64,000 nucleotides of DNA from the NCBI GenBank assembly GCA_022706765.1, contig JAKJBX010000001.1, positions 140,534 to 204,533 on the forward strand, written 5' to 3'. Position numbers and translations under genes: made by a program. The notes under the pieces are model-generated. The model saw only the letters and a list, made by a program, of their open reading frames with translations. It was not told where the DNA came from and did not search any database. Within the stretch, counting starts at the first letter, position 1; every line of letters starts with the position of its first letter. Of the stretch, positions 27,736 to 36,604 are shown in pieces. Source of the stretch: Bacillota bacterium (GTDB lineage Bacteria > Bacillota > Clostridia > Monoglobales > Firm-18).

Positions 27736-27867
27736 CTAATTTTGTGTTCTTTTAATTTTTTCTATCAAAAAGGAAAACAGCTTGATACATAAATACAAAC
27801 AAACTAAAACAAAAAAGACGATTGCGATTAAAAACAAAGCAACAGATACACTTTCAGAAAATAACAT
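27736..27867 (-). CDS. candidate 43-aa single-TM protein, possibly OadG-like gamma subunit
   Basis: AAGGAG lies 9 nt before ATG 27867. It encodes MLFSESVSVALFLIAIVFFVLVCLYLCIKLFSFLIEKIKRTQN and ends 44 nt upstream of oadB. It is below the ORF-track cutoff. Confidence 0.4.
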   Translation of the reverse strand: MLFSESVSVALFLIAIVFFVLVCLYLCIKLFSFLIEKIKRTQN

Positions 27868-27917
27868 ATGAATAAACTCCTTCCATTTAATAATAAAGCT
27901 GTGTATTTTTATATATC

Positions 27918-27952
27918 AAAAAGGGCAGGGGCTTCTCTCGAAGCCTCCACCC
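27918..27952 (-). terminator. intrinsic terminator inside the oadG/oadB leader (possible attenuator or riboswitch expression platform)
   Basis: On the minus strand, gggtggaggcttc-gaga-gaagcccctgccc is followed by TTTTT. This lies about 50 nt upstream of the small-ORF start and about 80 nt downstream of the promoter. Confidence 0.5.
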
Positions 27953-28035
27953 TTAAAGCTACAAATCTTGAAAGCAGATACCAGACTATAACATGAACAT
28001 CTGCCCAACCGAAAATAAGGTATTTAATTATTTTA

Positions 28036-28064
28036 ATTATACAACATTACTCTTGCATTGTCAA
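28036..28064 (-). promoter_or_regulatory. consensus sigma-A promoter driving the oadG/oadB leader
   Basis: On the minus strand, TTGACA (plus 28059-28064), a 17-nt spacer, then TATAAT (plus 28036-28041). Confidence 0.6.
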
Positions 28065-28293
28065 TGTTATTGGCGCAGTTAGAAGTATAATCTTTCATTT
28101 TACCATTATATGCGTAATCGGCAATTCAAAACCACTCGATAAATTCCTGTTTATCTGCTATCATATACAAATGCTTATCAACTTCGCTTTTACTGTATGA
28201 AATAAAGAAATCAATCACTTTTACAAGCAATTGACTTCTTTCGACAAACATTTTGCCTTTGTTGCTCAAAAAAGATGCAGGTTGTTTTCGGGC

Positions 28294-28346
28294 ATAAAAA
28301 TTCGCCCATAGCAATTACTATGAGCGAAATAAACGGACAATGTCCG
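28294..28346 (-). terminator. hairpin pair and terminator immediately 3' of tRNA-Val (conserved with the tRNA-Leu flank)
   Basis: On the minus strand, the hairpin cggacattgtccg is followed by the stem ttcgctcatag/ctatgggcgaa (one mismatch) and TTTTTA. It differs from 36337-36399 at 5 of 63 positions. Confidence 0.65.
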
Positions 28347-28423
28347 TGGTAGAGACAGCGGGATTCGAACCTGCGACCTCTCGCATGTGAAGCGAGCACT
28401 CTAACCAGCTGAGCTATGCCTCC
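28347..28423 (-). tRNA. tRNA-Val (anticodon CAC)
   Basis: The reverse complement is GGAGGCATAGCTCAGCTGGTTAGAGTGCTCGCTTCACATGCGAGAGGTCGCAGGTTCGAATCCCGCTGTCTCTACCA. It folds as a cloverleaf with anticodon loop TTCACAT and an encoded CCA. It has one A-C mismatch in the T stem and G-U pairs in the acceptor stem. Confidence 0.8.
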
Positions 28424-28488
28424 AAATACTATTCTATTATATATCACAATAGGACAAAAAGCAATAGTACAGGAGAAAAGTTAAGGAT

Positions 28489-28605
28489 TTTTTATCTGAT
28501 AGGAAATTTTTTAAATTTCCTATCAGATAAAAACATTTAATTCATACCTTGATAAAGGGGTTCGTTTGGCATCAAAAGCGACGAAAGCGCTTTGTTCCCC
28601 CGCCA
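28489..28605 (-). repeat. diverged copy of the 22592-22812 repeat unit
   Basis: The palindrome ttttatctgataggaaattt / aaatttcctatcagataaaa is followed by aaaaacatttaattcataccttgataaagggg. Compare aaaaacatttaattgattccttggcaaaggg at 22626. Confidence 0.6.
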
Positions 28606-28613
28606 TGCAAAAA

Positions 28614-29894
28614 TCATACAAACTGGTTTTTATCCGCCCAAAGTCCTAAGGCGGGGTTGCTGATATAAAAGATTTCCTCCCCGTCAGCCATGGTGTTCCA
28701 GCCGTCCGTAAGCTTTTTAGGGTCATAGCGCTTCAGCATTTCCGTTAGGGGCGCATAGTTGAAATTCACCTGCTCGACTTCTTCTCTTGACAGCTTGTCC
28801 ACCGCATAGGTGATGGAAAACTTACCGTCCGAAGAGCCATGGATCAGATGCGCCGCCACGGACAGATTGCATTGCAGGTCTGCATTGCTTTCGCACAGCT
28901 TCAAAACTTCCAGTCTGCCCGCATAGCCGTATTTTCTGATGAGGGCGTCGTTGGCGTCGTCCTCCCCGAACTTTTTCACCCCGGGAGCCAGCACGATCAG
29001 TGCGCCCCCTTGGGCAATCGCCATCCTGGTGCGATAGATTGCCTTGTTCCCCAGCCAGGTGCTTTTGAACTCACGCTCGTCTAAGTAGACCACCACTTTT
29101 TTTGGCGCCCTGTCCACAAAGCTGATGTTTTTCTCCTGGCTGAGGGCGACGGCTTCCTCAAAAACCGTCCGCTCCCTGCCGATAAACAGTCCGTGCAAAT
29201 CTATGCCGTCTCCGTTTTGGGTGGTGACCGTCAAAATATACAGCAAGGGCACATTTTGCATAAAATGCCGCTCTGCGTAATCAAAAACCTTTCTCACAGG
29301 GGAGTGGTCTCTGCCCATCACACGCTCCATGCCGTAAAAAGCGCCCAGCATGTGGGACTGGCTGATCATGCTGCATCCGCCGCAGCCCACAAAGATGTTT
29401 TTGCTGTAATTCGCCATGCCCACCACCTCATGGGGAACCACCTGCCCGATGGAAATCACCAGATCATAGGAGGGATCCAGCAGCACCTTGTTCACCTCAA
29501 CGTCAATGGCGTTTTTTACCAAACCTTCAGAGACCTCCTCCACAAACGCTTTGGGGATCTCTCCGATTTTCACAATATCCGTCCGCCATCGGTGTTCAAT
29601 CATGCGTTCCATGGGCACTTCGTCTCCGAAAAACGCCCGCCATTCGCTTTCGCACATGGGCTCGTGGGTACCCAGCGCCGGAATAATATCCACTTCACAG
29701 CGATCCTTTAACAGGCTGTAAAGCATGGCGGTGATTTTGCCCGCGCCCGAATGCATCCGAGTAAAATCCGGCGGGATCAGCAGCACTTTGTTCAGGGCTT
29801 TGCTTTCCAGCGCCTGCCGCAATGCCGCAAGAACGACGCTGTCCGAAATGCCGGCGGCTTCTTTTATCACAATATTATTCATCATAAACCCCAT
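28614..29894 (-). CDS. LarA-like (lactate racemase / DUF2088 family) putative nickel-pincer-dependent 2-hydroxyacid racemase or epimerase
   Basis: 426 aa. LLIPPDFTRMHSG resembles the LarA SSDHTRPVP region. GQVVPHEVVGMANYSKNIFVGCGG resembles the LarA ESHFFAGFSGGRKS region, with His and Lys retained. The start lies 2 nt after the gnd stop. Confidence 0.65.
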   Translation of the reverse strand: MGFMMNNIVIKEAAGISDSVVLAALRQALESKALNKVLLIPPDFTRMHSGAGKITAMLYSLLKDRCEVDIIPALGTHEPMCESEWRAFFGDEVPMERMIEHRWRTDIVKIGEIPKAFVEEVSEGLVKNAIDVEVNKVLLDPSYDLVISIGQVVPHEVVGMANYSKNIFVGCGGCSMISQSHMLGAFYGMERVMGRDHSPVRKVFDYAERHFMQNVPLLYILTVTTQNGDGIDLHGLFIGRERTVFEEAVALSQEKNISFVDRAPKKVVVYLDEREFKSTWLGNKAIYRTRMAIAQGGALIVLAPGVKKFGEDDANDALIRKYGYAGRLEVLKLCESNADLQCNLSVAAHLIHGSSDGKFSITYAVDKLSREEVEQVNFNYAPLTEMLKRYDPKKLTDGWNTMADGEEIFYISNPALGLWADKNQFV

Positions 29895-29896
29895 CG

Positions 29897-31348
<1,452 letters not shown>

Positions 31349-31383
31349 AACAAACAATTCCTCTCATTCATAGAATAAAAACC

Positions 31384-32463
31384 TTATCTCTTTACCCTTG
31401 CATTTCCCTCGTAGATGCTCCAAATCTGTCCTTCGTCCGCAGGCAGCGCATAATCCGTCAGGAAGGTGGTGGCAAGCGCACCGCTTGCCCAGCCGAACTG
31501 GTTACATTTTTCTGCGCCCCACTCTTTTAATATGGCATAAAGCATACCGCCCACAAAGCCGTCCCCGCCTCCGATACGGTCAAGCACATGGATCTCCCGA
31601 GGCTCGATCACATGCCATTCATCCCCTGCCAGCAGGATGGAGCCCCACATATGGGTGTTGGCGGAAATGACCTGCCGCAGGGTGGTGGCATAAACGCTTG
31701 CGCCCGGAAACGCCTTCTTCACATTTCCGATCATCTCCTGGAAGCTGCTGATCTTGGAGGCAAGATCCTTGCCGCCATGCTCCGGTCCGGCAATGCCGAG
31801 GCAGAGCTGGAAATCCTCCTCGTTGCCCACTAAAATGTCCGTAACCGCTGCGATCTGGGTAAACTTGTCCCGCAGTTCCGCCTCCCGACCTTTCCAGAAG
31901 GTGGCACGGTAGTTTAGGTCGAAGGAGATGCAGGTGCCGTATTGCCTTGCCGCTTTGGCAAGCTGGAGGCAGAACTCACTGGTCTCGGGTGAGAGCGCAG
32001 CGATGAGCCCCGAAAGGTGCAGGATCTGAACGCCCTCCTTCCCAAACAGCCTGTCCAGGTCAAAATCTTTCACGTTCAGCGTCCGACCGACCTCGCCCGC
32101 CCTGTCATTTTGCACGATGGGACCCCGTGAGCCGTATCCGCTGTCGGCAATATTAAACTGGTGACGGTATCCCCACGGTCCGCCCTGGGGCACATCAACC
32201 CCTTCATACATCAGGTTGCGGCTTCTCAGATTGCTTTTGATAAACTGTGCGATCGGGCTGTCCTTCACGAAGGTGGTCAGCACCTTCACAGGCAGTCCCA
32301 AGGACGCAGGAACGGTAGCCACATTGGTTTCTGCGCTGGTGGCTTGCATGGTGAAGGTATCGCTGCAATGCGCCGGCTGACCGTTGGCAGGTGTGATGCG
32401 TACGCCCATGCTCGTTGGAACAACCAGCGAATAGGCAAACTCCTTTTTCAACTTTAAATCCAT
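31384..32463 (-). CDS. PfkB-family sugar (acid) kinase, 2-keto-3-deoxygluconate-kinase-like
   Basis: The C-terminal PfkB signature is DRIGGGDGFVGGMLYA. AAGGAGA lies 5 nt before ATG 32463; the listed ORF extends upstream to 32511. Confidence 0.8.
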   Translation of the reverse strand: MDLKLKKEFAYSLVVPTSMGVRITPANGQPAHCSDTFTMQATSAETNVATVPASLGLPVKVLTTFVKDSPIAQFIKSNLRSRNLMYEGVDVPQGGPWGYRHQFNIADSGYGSRGPIVQNDRAGEVGRTLNVKDFDLDRLFGKEGVQILHLSGLIAALSPETSEFCLQLAKAARQYGTCISFDLNYRATFWKGREAELRDKFTQIAAVTDILVGNEEDFQLCLGIAGPEHGGKDLASKISSFQEMIGNVKKAFPGASVYATTLRQVISANTHMWGSILLAGDEWHVIEPREIHVLDRIGGGDGFVGGMLYAILKEWGAEKCNQFGWASGALATTFLTDYALPADEGQIWSIYEGNARVKR

Positions 32464-32500
32464 ATCTTTCTCCTTTTCCGCCGCGCTGTACCGGCATTGA

Positions 32501-33301
32501 TTATCTATCAAAAATAAATTGATCTATCACATGGGCGACCCCGTCCTCATCGTTGGAACGGGTGATAAAATCCGCCCTGTCTTTCACGGCTTGGGGCGCA
32601 TTTGCCATAGCCACCCCCAGCCCGGCATATTCGATCATGGAAAGGTCGTTGAACCCGTCTCCTACGGCGATCATCTCGCTCGGTCGGATGCCATAGTGCT
32701 GCCCCAGCTTCTCCATGGCGATTGCCTTGGATGCTTTGCAGTCCACAAATTCCAGGAACATGGGTCTGGAAGCATGGCAGTTGACCCTCCCTGCAAATCG
32801 GGCGCCCAGCTCAGACTGATACCGCTGGATTTTAGTTATGTCGTCATACCATAAAATTTTTGTGATCCCCCTTTGGATCAAATCCTCAAAATCCTCAACA
32901 ACCGCAGGCTCCACGCCGGATATTTTCTTATAATCCTCGGTCTTGTCGTTAACTGCCTCGATGAACAGCATGCCCCCGGACCAAATCATCATGGTCATGC
33001 CGCACCGCTGTCCCTCCGCAATGATCTCCCCGGCGTCCTCCGGCGAAAGGGTTTGCTCAAACAGCTTTCGTCCCGATTTGCCCATGACCACTTCGGCGCC
33101 ATTGAAGGTGATAAAGGGCAGATCCACCGAAAACAGCCGGTTGATGCTCTCCACACCGCACATAGGTCTGCCGGTGGAGACGGTAAAAACGACCCCCTTG
33201 TCCACCGCCCGCAAAATGGCGGCTCTGTTCCGTTCAGTCAGCTGCGATTCACTGTTGAGAAGCGTTCCGTCAATATCTACCGCAATCAATTTATAAGCCA
33301 T
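32501..33301 (-). CDS. Cof-type HAD-IIB family phosphatase
   Basis: Begins MAYKLIAVDIDGTLLNS (DxDGT motif) and contains GDGFNDLSM. The start is ATG 33301. Confidence 0.85.
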   Translation of the reverse strand: MAYKLIAVDIDGTLLNSESQLTERNRAAILRAVDKGVVFTVSTGRPMCGVESINRLFSVDLPFITFNGAEVVMGKSGRKLFEQTLSPEDAGEIIAEGQRCGMTMMIWSGGMLFIEAVNDKTEDYKKISGVEPAVVEDFEDLIQRGITKILWYDDITKIQRYQSELGARFAGRVNCHASRPMFLEFVDCKASKAIAMEKLGQHYGIRPSEMIAVGDGFNDLSMIEYAGLGVAMANAPQAVKDRADFITRSNDEDGVAHVIDQFIFDR

Positions 33302-33386
33302 ATCCCATCCATTCCAAACCCCTGAGGGTTTTCCCTGATAAAAATTTCCCCGCACACTTTTACTGTCATTTTATGCGATCGCATCT

Positions 33387-33415
33387 ATTTTACATCAGAA
33401 GCAATCCCTTGTCAA
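33387..33415 (-). promoter_or_regulatory. sigma-A promoter of the HAD-kinase-gnd-larA-like operon
   Basis: On the minus strand, TTGACA (plus 33410-33415), a 17-nt spacer, then TAAAAT (plus 33387-33392). The perfect 12-bp palindrome ATGCGATCGCAT (33374-33385) follows immediately. Confidence 0.55.
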
Positions 33416-33456
33416 TTATGGTTTACCGTAAAATTTGTTTAATTTTTATTTTTATA

Positions 33457-33489
33457 TAAAAAACACGGCGGGCATTCATGCCCGCCGTG
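33457..33489 (-). terminator. strong Rho-independent terminator
   Basis: A 12-bp perfect stem cacggcgggcat / atgcccgccgtg is followed on the minus strand by a T-run. Confidence 0.75.
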
Positions 33490-33610
33490 CCGCAGGGATT
33501 AAAGTATGGCGTGCCGTCGGGGACTCCCCTTCGGACCGGTCGTCGCCCCTGCATCTGCCACCGGCAGCGGGGCGCCGCCTTCAATTCCCTTGAATGAAAC
33601 GTTCCCAAGA
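33490..33610 (-). ncRNA. candidate structured RNA (tRNA-Lys 3' trailer or independent sRNA); strand uncertain
   Basis: A GC-rich 120-nt segment lies between two terminators. It has three local hairpins: cgcccc..tgcc-ggt-ggca..ggggcg, ccg-aa-gggg-agt-cccc-ga-cgg, and ttcaa-gggaa-ttgaa. There is no credible ORF. Confidence 0.25.
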
Positions 33611-33640
33611 AAAAAACACCCCCGATGGGGATGCTTTTTT
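33611..33640. terminator. short bidirectional terminator-like hairpin 3' of tRNA-Lys
   Basis: A cccc-gat-gggg core hairpin is flanked by A7 and T6. Confidence 0.6.
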
Positions 33641-33642
33641 CA

Positions 33643-33718
33643 TGGTGCGCCATCGGGGACTCGAACCCAGGACCCATTGATTAAGAGTCAATTGCTCTAC
33701 CAACTGAGCTAATGGCGC
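33643..33718 (-). tRNA. tRNA-Lys (anticodon CTT)
   Basis: The reverse complement is GCGCCATTAGCTCAGTTGGTAGAGCAATTGACTCTTAATCAATGGGTCCTGGGTTCGAGTCCCCGATGGCGCACCA. The anticodon loop is CTCTTAA and CCA is encoded. There is one U-C mismatch in the T stem. Confidence 0.85.
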
Positions 33719-33783
33719 CTATACAGTCAACGAAAAACATTATACAACAACAGTATGGCTTTGTCAATAGGTAAAATGAAGTT

Positions 33784-34416
33784 TTAATAACCCAAATTTT
33801 CCCCGACCATAATCACCTTGATTCTGTCTTTTTGCCGCTGATAGGAAGTCAAAACATAGTTGCAGCATATGCGCTCAATGCTTTTACAGCCGTTGCCCGA
33901 ACGCTCATCAGAGCATGCGCCTTCGGTATAACAGTAGGTGCCTGTGATCAGGCGCATATTGTTTTTAGGTGCAGCAATGGTTTTGACCCTGTGAATCGCC
34001 TCTTCAAAATCCCTGACAATTTTGTTCCAGCCTACAATAACGATCACCGACTTGGGACCATAGCACAAGGCGGCGACACGATTAGAGTTCCCATCGACGT
34101 TGAACAGCATACCGTCCTCCGTAATGGCGTTGGAGCTGGACAGGTAGACATCCGCCCGAAACGACTCCAAAAAGATGTGCTGGATTTGCTTGGGGTTAAG
34201 GTCCGGCGCATATCTATCGAGAAAATTGTATTTTCCGCATCTTAAATGGTCGATAACGCCGCACTCAAACAGCGACACCGAGCCGCCGACTGCAACGGTG
34301 CTCCCCTCGGCTATCAAGGTGTCGATTAAGGGGACGACATCATTTTTGCTGTCGACATAATAGCCGCACATATTGTTTTTCGCTAGGTTTGCAATGACTT
34401 TTTCAATGCGGTTCAT
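33784..34416 (-). CDS. LUD-domain protein (LutC/YkgG-like lactate-utilization family)
   Basis: STVAVGGSVSL...YLSSSNAITEDGMLFNVDGNSNRVAAL..GP..VIVIVGWNKIV is typical of the LUD domain, and there is a Cys-rich C-terminus. GAGGGG lies 6 nt before ATG 34416. Confidence 0.7.
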   Translation of the reverse strand: MNRIEKVIANLAKNNMCGYYVDSKNDVVPLIDTLIAEGSTVAVGGSVSLFECGVIDHLRCGKYNFLDRYAPDLNPKQIQHIFLESFRADVYLSSSNAITEDGMLFNVDGNSNRVAALCYGPKSVIVIVGWNKIVRDFEEAIHRVKTIAAPKNNMRLITGTYCYTEGACSDERSGNGCKSIERICCNYVLTSYQRQKDRIKVIMVGENLGY

Positions 34417-34432
34417 AACGGACCCCTCACAT

Positions 34433-35260
34433 TTACTTATAAATATTGCGTCCGAACCATTTGAGCGACAGGGCTTCAAGCTGCCCCTTTTCTTTAAGAT
34501 AGCTGAGTGCAGAATCAATTTCTAACATCAAAGCGGTTTTCCCCTGGTATGTCGCCGCAGCATACGCCGTCTCTTTCACATAACCGCTCAGGATGTTATA
34601 TTTTTGACCGCTGATGTGCGTGTAATAGTCATAGGACGCCTCGTCACAAATTACGGCGTCCAGCTTGCCGTCCCACAAAGCCTGAAACATCTTTGGATAA
34701 TCGGTGAATTTAACAATGGTGCTCTTTTTATTATAATATACATTTGCGTTATCTGCCGGCGCAAAAACCCCGATGCGCCTGTCGTCAAGCTCATCAATGT
34801 CTTTCAGCTCGGATTGCAAAGGCGTAACGGCGATGGTGTTGTTATTGATATACGGCTTTGACAGCAAGACTTTGCTCTCATTTTCAGGCGCGACCGCTAT
34901 GCCGCTCCATGCCACGTCGATGCTTCCAACGCTCAGCTTGTCAAGCAGCACATCACGACCTGAAAGTACAAACTCTGCCTTTACGCCGAGCTTTTCCGCA
35001 ACGGCGTTTGCCAGGTCGATTTCAAAGCCGGCAAGCGACCCGTCCGTATTGCGGAAGCACATCGGAGCGACCCCTGTGCTGACCCCGACGGTCAGTACGT
35101 CTTTGTCTGATACAAGCTGCATCGAATCGTCTTCGATCGTGTTGACGACAGCGGTATCGGACTTACGCAGAACCTCGGCCGTATTTTTGTTGGGAGCACA
35201 GCCCGTGAGGCAAGTGGTCAATGCTATGCTCAGCAGCAAGAGAAAACGTATCTTTTTCAT
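34433..35260 (-). CDS. ABC transporter substrate-binding lipoprotein (family 3, amino-acid type)
   Basis: The lipobox is LTGC. The type-3 SBP sequence includes GFEIDLANAVAEKLGVK and IDVAWSG. No permease or ATPase gene is adjacent. Confidence 0.8.
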   Translation of the reverse strand: MKKIRFLLLLSIALTTCLTGCAPNKNTAEVLRKSDTAVVNTIEDDSMQLVSDKDVLTVGVSTGVAPMCFRNTDGSLAGFEIDLANAVAEKLGVKAEFVLSGRDVLLDKLSVGSIDVAWSGIAVAPENESKVLLSKPYINNNTIAVTPLQSELKDIDELDDRRIGVFAPADNANVYYNKKSTIVKFTDYPKMFQALWDGKLDAVICDEASYDYYTHISGQKYNILSGYVKETAYAAATYQGKTALMLEIDSALSYLKEKGQLEALSLKWFGRNIYK

Positions 35261-35462
35261 GGCACCACGTTCCTTTCGACAGCGTAAATTATTTTATCAC
35301 AAATTTGATTAAAAGTAAACCACACAAAATCATACAGGCGATTTTTCGGCAGAATTACCGATTATGCGCCGGCTTTTTATAGAATTAGTCAATGTCATGG
35401 CGGAAAAAAGACGGAGGCGGGCATAGGGAGAATAGGCAATCTGACAAAAAACTGTATAACGC

Positions 35463-35491
35463 TTGACTTTTTGTGCAATTAAAAATATAAT
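35463..35491 (+). promoter_or_regulatory. sigma-A promoter of HD-GYP gene
   Basis: TTGACT (35463-35468), a 17-nt spacer, then TATAAT (35486-35491). Confidence 0.55.
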
Positions 35492-35530
35492 GAAAAGGTA
35501 TATTAATATTTTTAAGGTGATGATATTCCA

Positions 35531-36211
35531 ATGGAACTGAAAGCCACTGAAAGCGGCAGCTTTAACGGTATGGTAAAGTCGCCCGAAGTGCTGGTCGATC
35601 GTCTGGTATCCCTGATTGAGTACCGGGGCGTCAGCGATTCTTCGCACGTTAAGCGGATTTGCGCTTATACCGAGGTCTTGATGGCGCACATTTACAAGAG
35701 CTTGAAGGACAAGTATGCTCTGACGAAAAACGATGTCGAGGTCTATGCGAAGGCTGCGGTTTTTCATGACATCGGCAAGGTCACCATTACCGATGACGTT
35801 CTGCTCAAAAAAGGTCGTTATACGCACTTTGAGCATGAGACCATCAAGTTGCACAGCATTAAGGGTGCGGAAATCATCGAAAGCTTTACGGATTTTTTCG
35901 ACCCGTATTTTTATAAAGTCTGTTATGAGATCGTGAAATACCACCACGAAAGATGGGACGGCAGCGGTTATCCCGACGGACTTGCGGGTGAGGACATCCC
36001 GCTTGCGGCAAGGGTCGTCGCCATTGCGGACGTCTATGACGCACTGACCAGCGTGAAGGAGTACAAACCCCGCTTGCCGCACAAAACGGCAGTTGAAATG
36101 ATTGCAAACGGCGACTGCGGACTTTTTGACCCCGAGATTCTTGACTGTTTCAGGAAGGTCAAGGGCAAGTTTGAACGTATCAACAAAGAGTTTTTTGGCA
36201 AATTCGAATAA
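35531..36211 (+). CDS. HD-GYP domain protein (putative cyclic-di-nucleotide phosphodiesterase)
   Basis: Contains the HDIGK and HHERWDGSGYPDGL motifs. Confidence 0.85.
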   Translation: MELKATESGSFNGMVKSPEVLVDRLVSLIEYRGVSDSSHVKRICAYTEVLMAHIYKSLKDKYALTKNDVEVYAKAAVFHDIGKVTITDDVLLKKGRYTHFEHETIKLHSIKGAEIIESFTDFFDPYFYKVCYEIVKYHHERWDGSGYPDGLAGEDIPLAARVVAIADVYDALTSVKEYKPRLPHKTAVEMIANGDCGLFDPEILDCFRKVKGKFERINKEFFGKFE

Positions 36212-36239
36212 TATTGGGCGTGCCTTGGCACACCTCAGA

Positions 36240-36290
36240 CTGTCAAAAAAGCCAGCCAATCCGCAAGCGGTTTGACGGCTTTTTTGACAG
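36240..36290. terminator. bidirectional terminator
   Basis: A 14-bp perfect stem ctgtcaaaaaagcc / ggcttttttgacag encloses a ccgc-aa-gcgg inner hairpin. Confidence 0.75.
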
Positions 36291-36346
36291 TTTGGGATAT
36301 TTTAAATGGTATGTTATACAAACAAGGATGCAAGCGGGTTTCGGGC

Positions 36347-36399
36347 ATAAAAATTCGCTCACAGCAATTGCTGTGAGCGAATTAAACGGACAATGTCCG
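36347..36399 (-). terminator. hairpin pair and terminator immediately 3' of tRNA-Leu (conserved with the tRNA-Val flank)
   Basis: On the minus strand, cggacattgtccg is followed by the 13-bp stem attcgctcacagc/gctgtgagcgaat and then TTTTTA. Confidence 0.75.
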
Positions 36400-36487
36400 T
36401 GGTGCTGGTGACCGGAATCGAACCGGTACGGGGTATTAGCCCGCAGGATTTTAAGTCCTGTGCGTCTGCCAGTTCCGCCACACCAGC
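36400..36487 (-). tRNA. tRNA-Leu (anticodon TAA)
   Basis: The reverse complement is an 88-nt class II tRNA (GCTGGTGTGGCGGAACTGGCAGACGCACAGGACTTAAAATCCTGCGGGCTAATACCCCGTACCGGTTCGATTCCGGTCACCAGCACCA). The anticodon loop is CTTAAAA, there is a long variable arm, and CCA is encoded. Confidence 0.9.
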
Positions 36488-36604
36488 GCGTATCAGCGAC
36501 TAAAACATCATAACACGATAATAAATATCTGTCAAGATTTTTTCGGCGGATGTGCAGGTCTGTTCCCGGGCATACCGCAGCTTTGCAGACAGGAGGAAAC
36601 ACAA

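Noticed and set aside
28126-28314. A 62-aa minus-strand ORF lies next to tRNA-Val.
   Set aside because: Its 5' third runs through the conserved tRNA trailer/terminator. It has only a weak internal SD and no recognisable family. It may at most be a gene fragment.
28347-28423. The tRNA-Val might be a pseudogene because of an A-C mismatch in the T stem and G-U pairs in the acceptor stem. tRNA-Lys has a similar U-C mismatch.
   Set aside because: Both keep all invariant D-loop and T-loop residues, correct arm lengths, an encoded CCA, and their own promoter and terminator. Single stem mismatches are tolerated in functional tRNAs. This would need tRNAscan-SE scoring to settle.
35330-36259. A 309-aa ORF lies antisense to the HD-GYP gene.
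   Set aside because: It fully overlaps a gene with clear HD-GYP motifs on the other strand and has no recognisable motifs or SD. It is a typical shadow ORF in GC-rich DNA. The same judgement applies to other long antisense or out-of-frame ORFs: 918-1523, 1563-2303, 9584-10240, 12166-13206, 15340-16197, 42550-43455, 42605-43597, 44986-45714 and 61871-62737.
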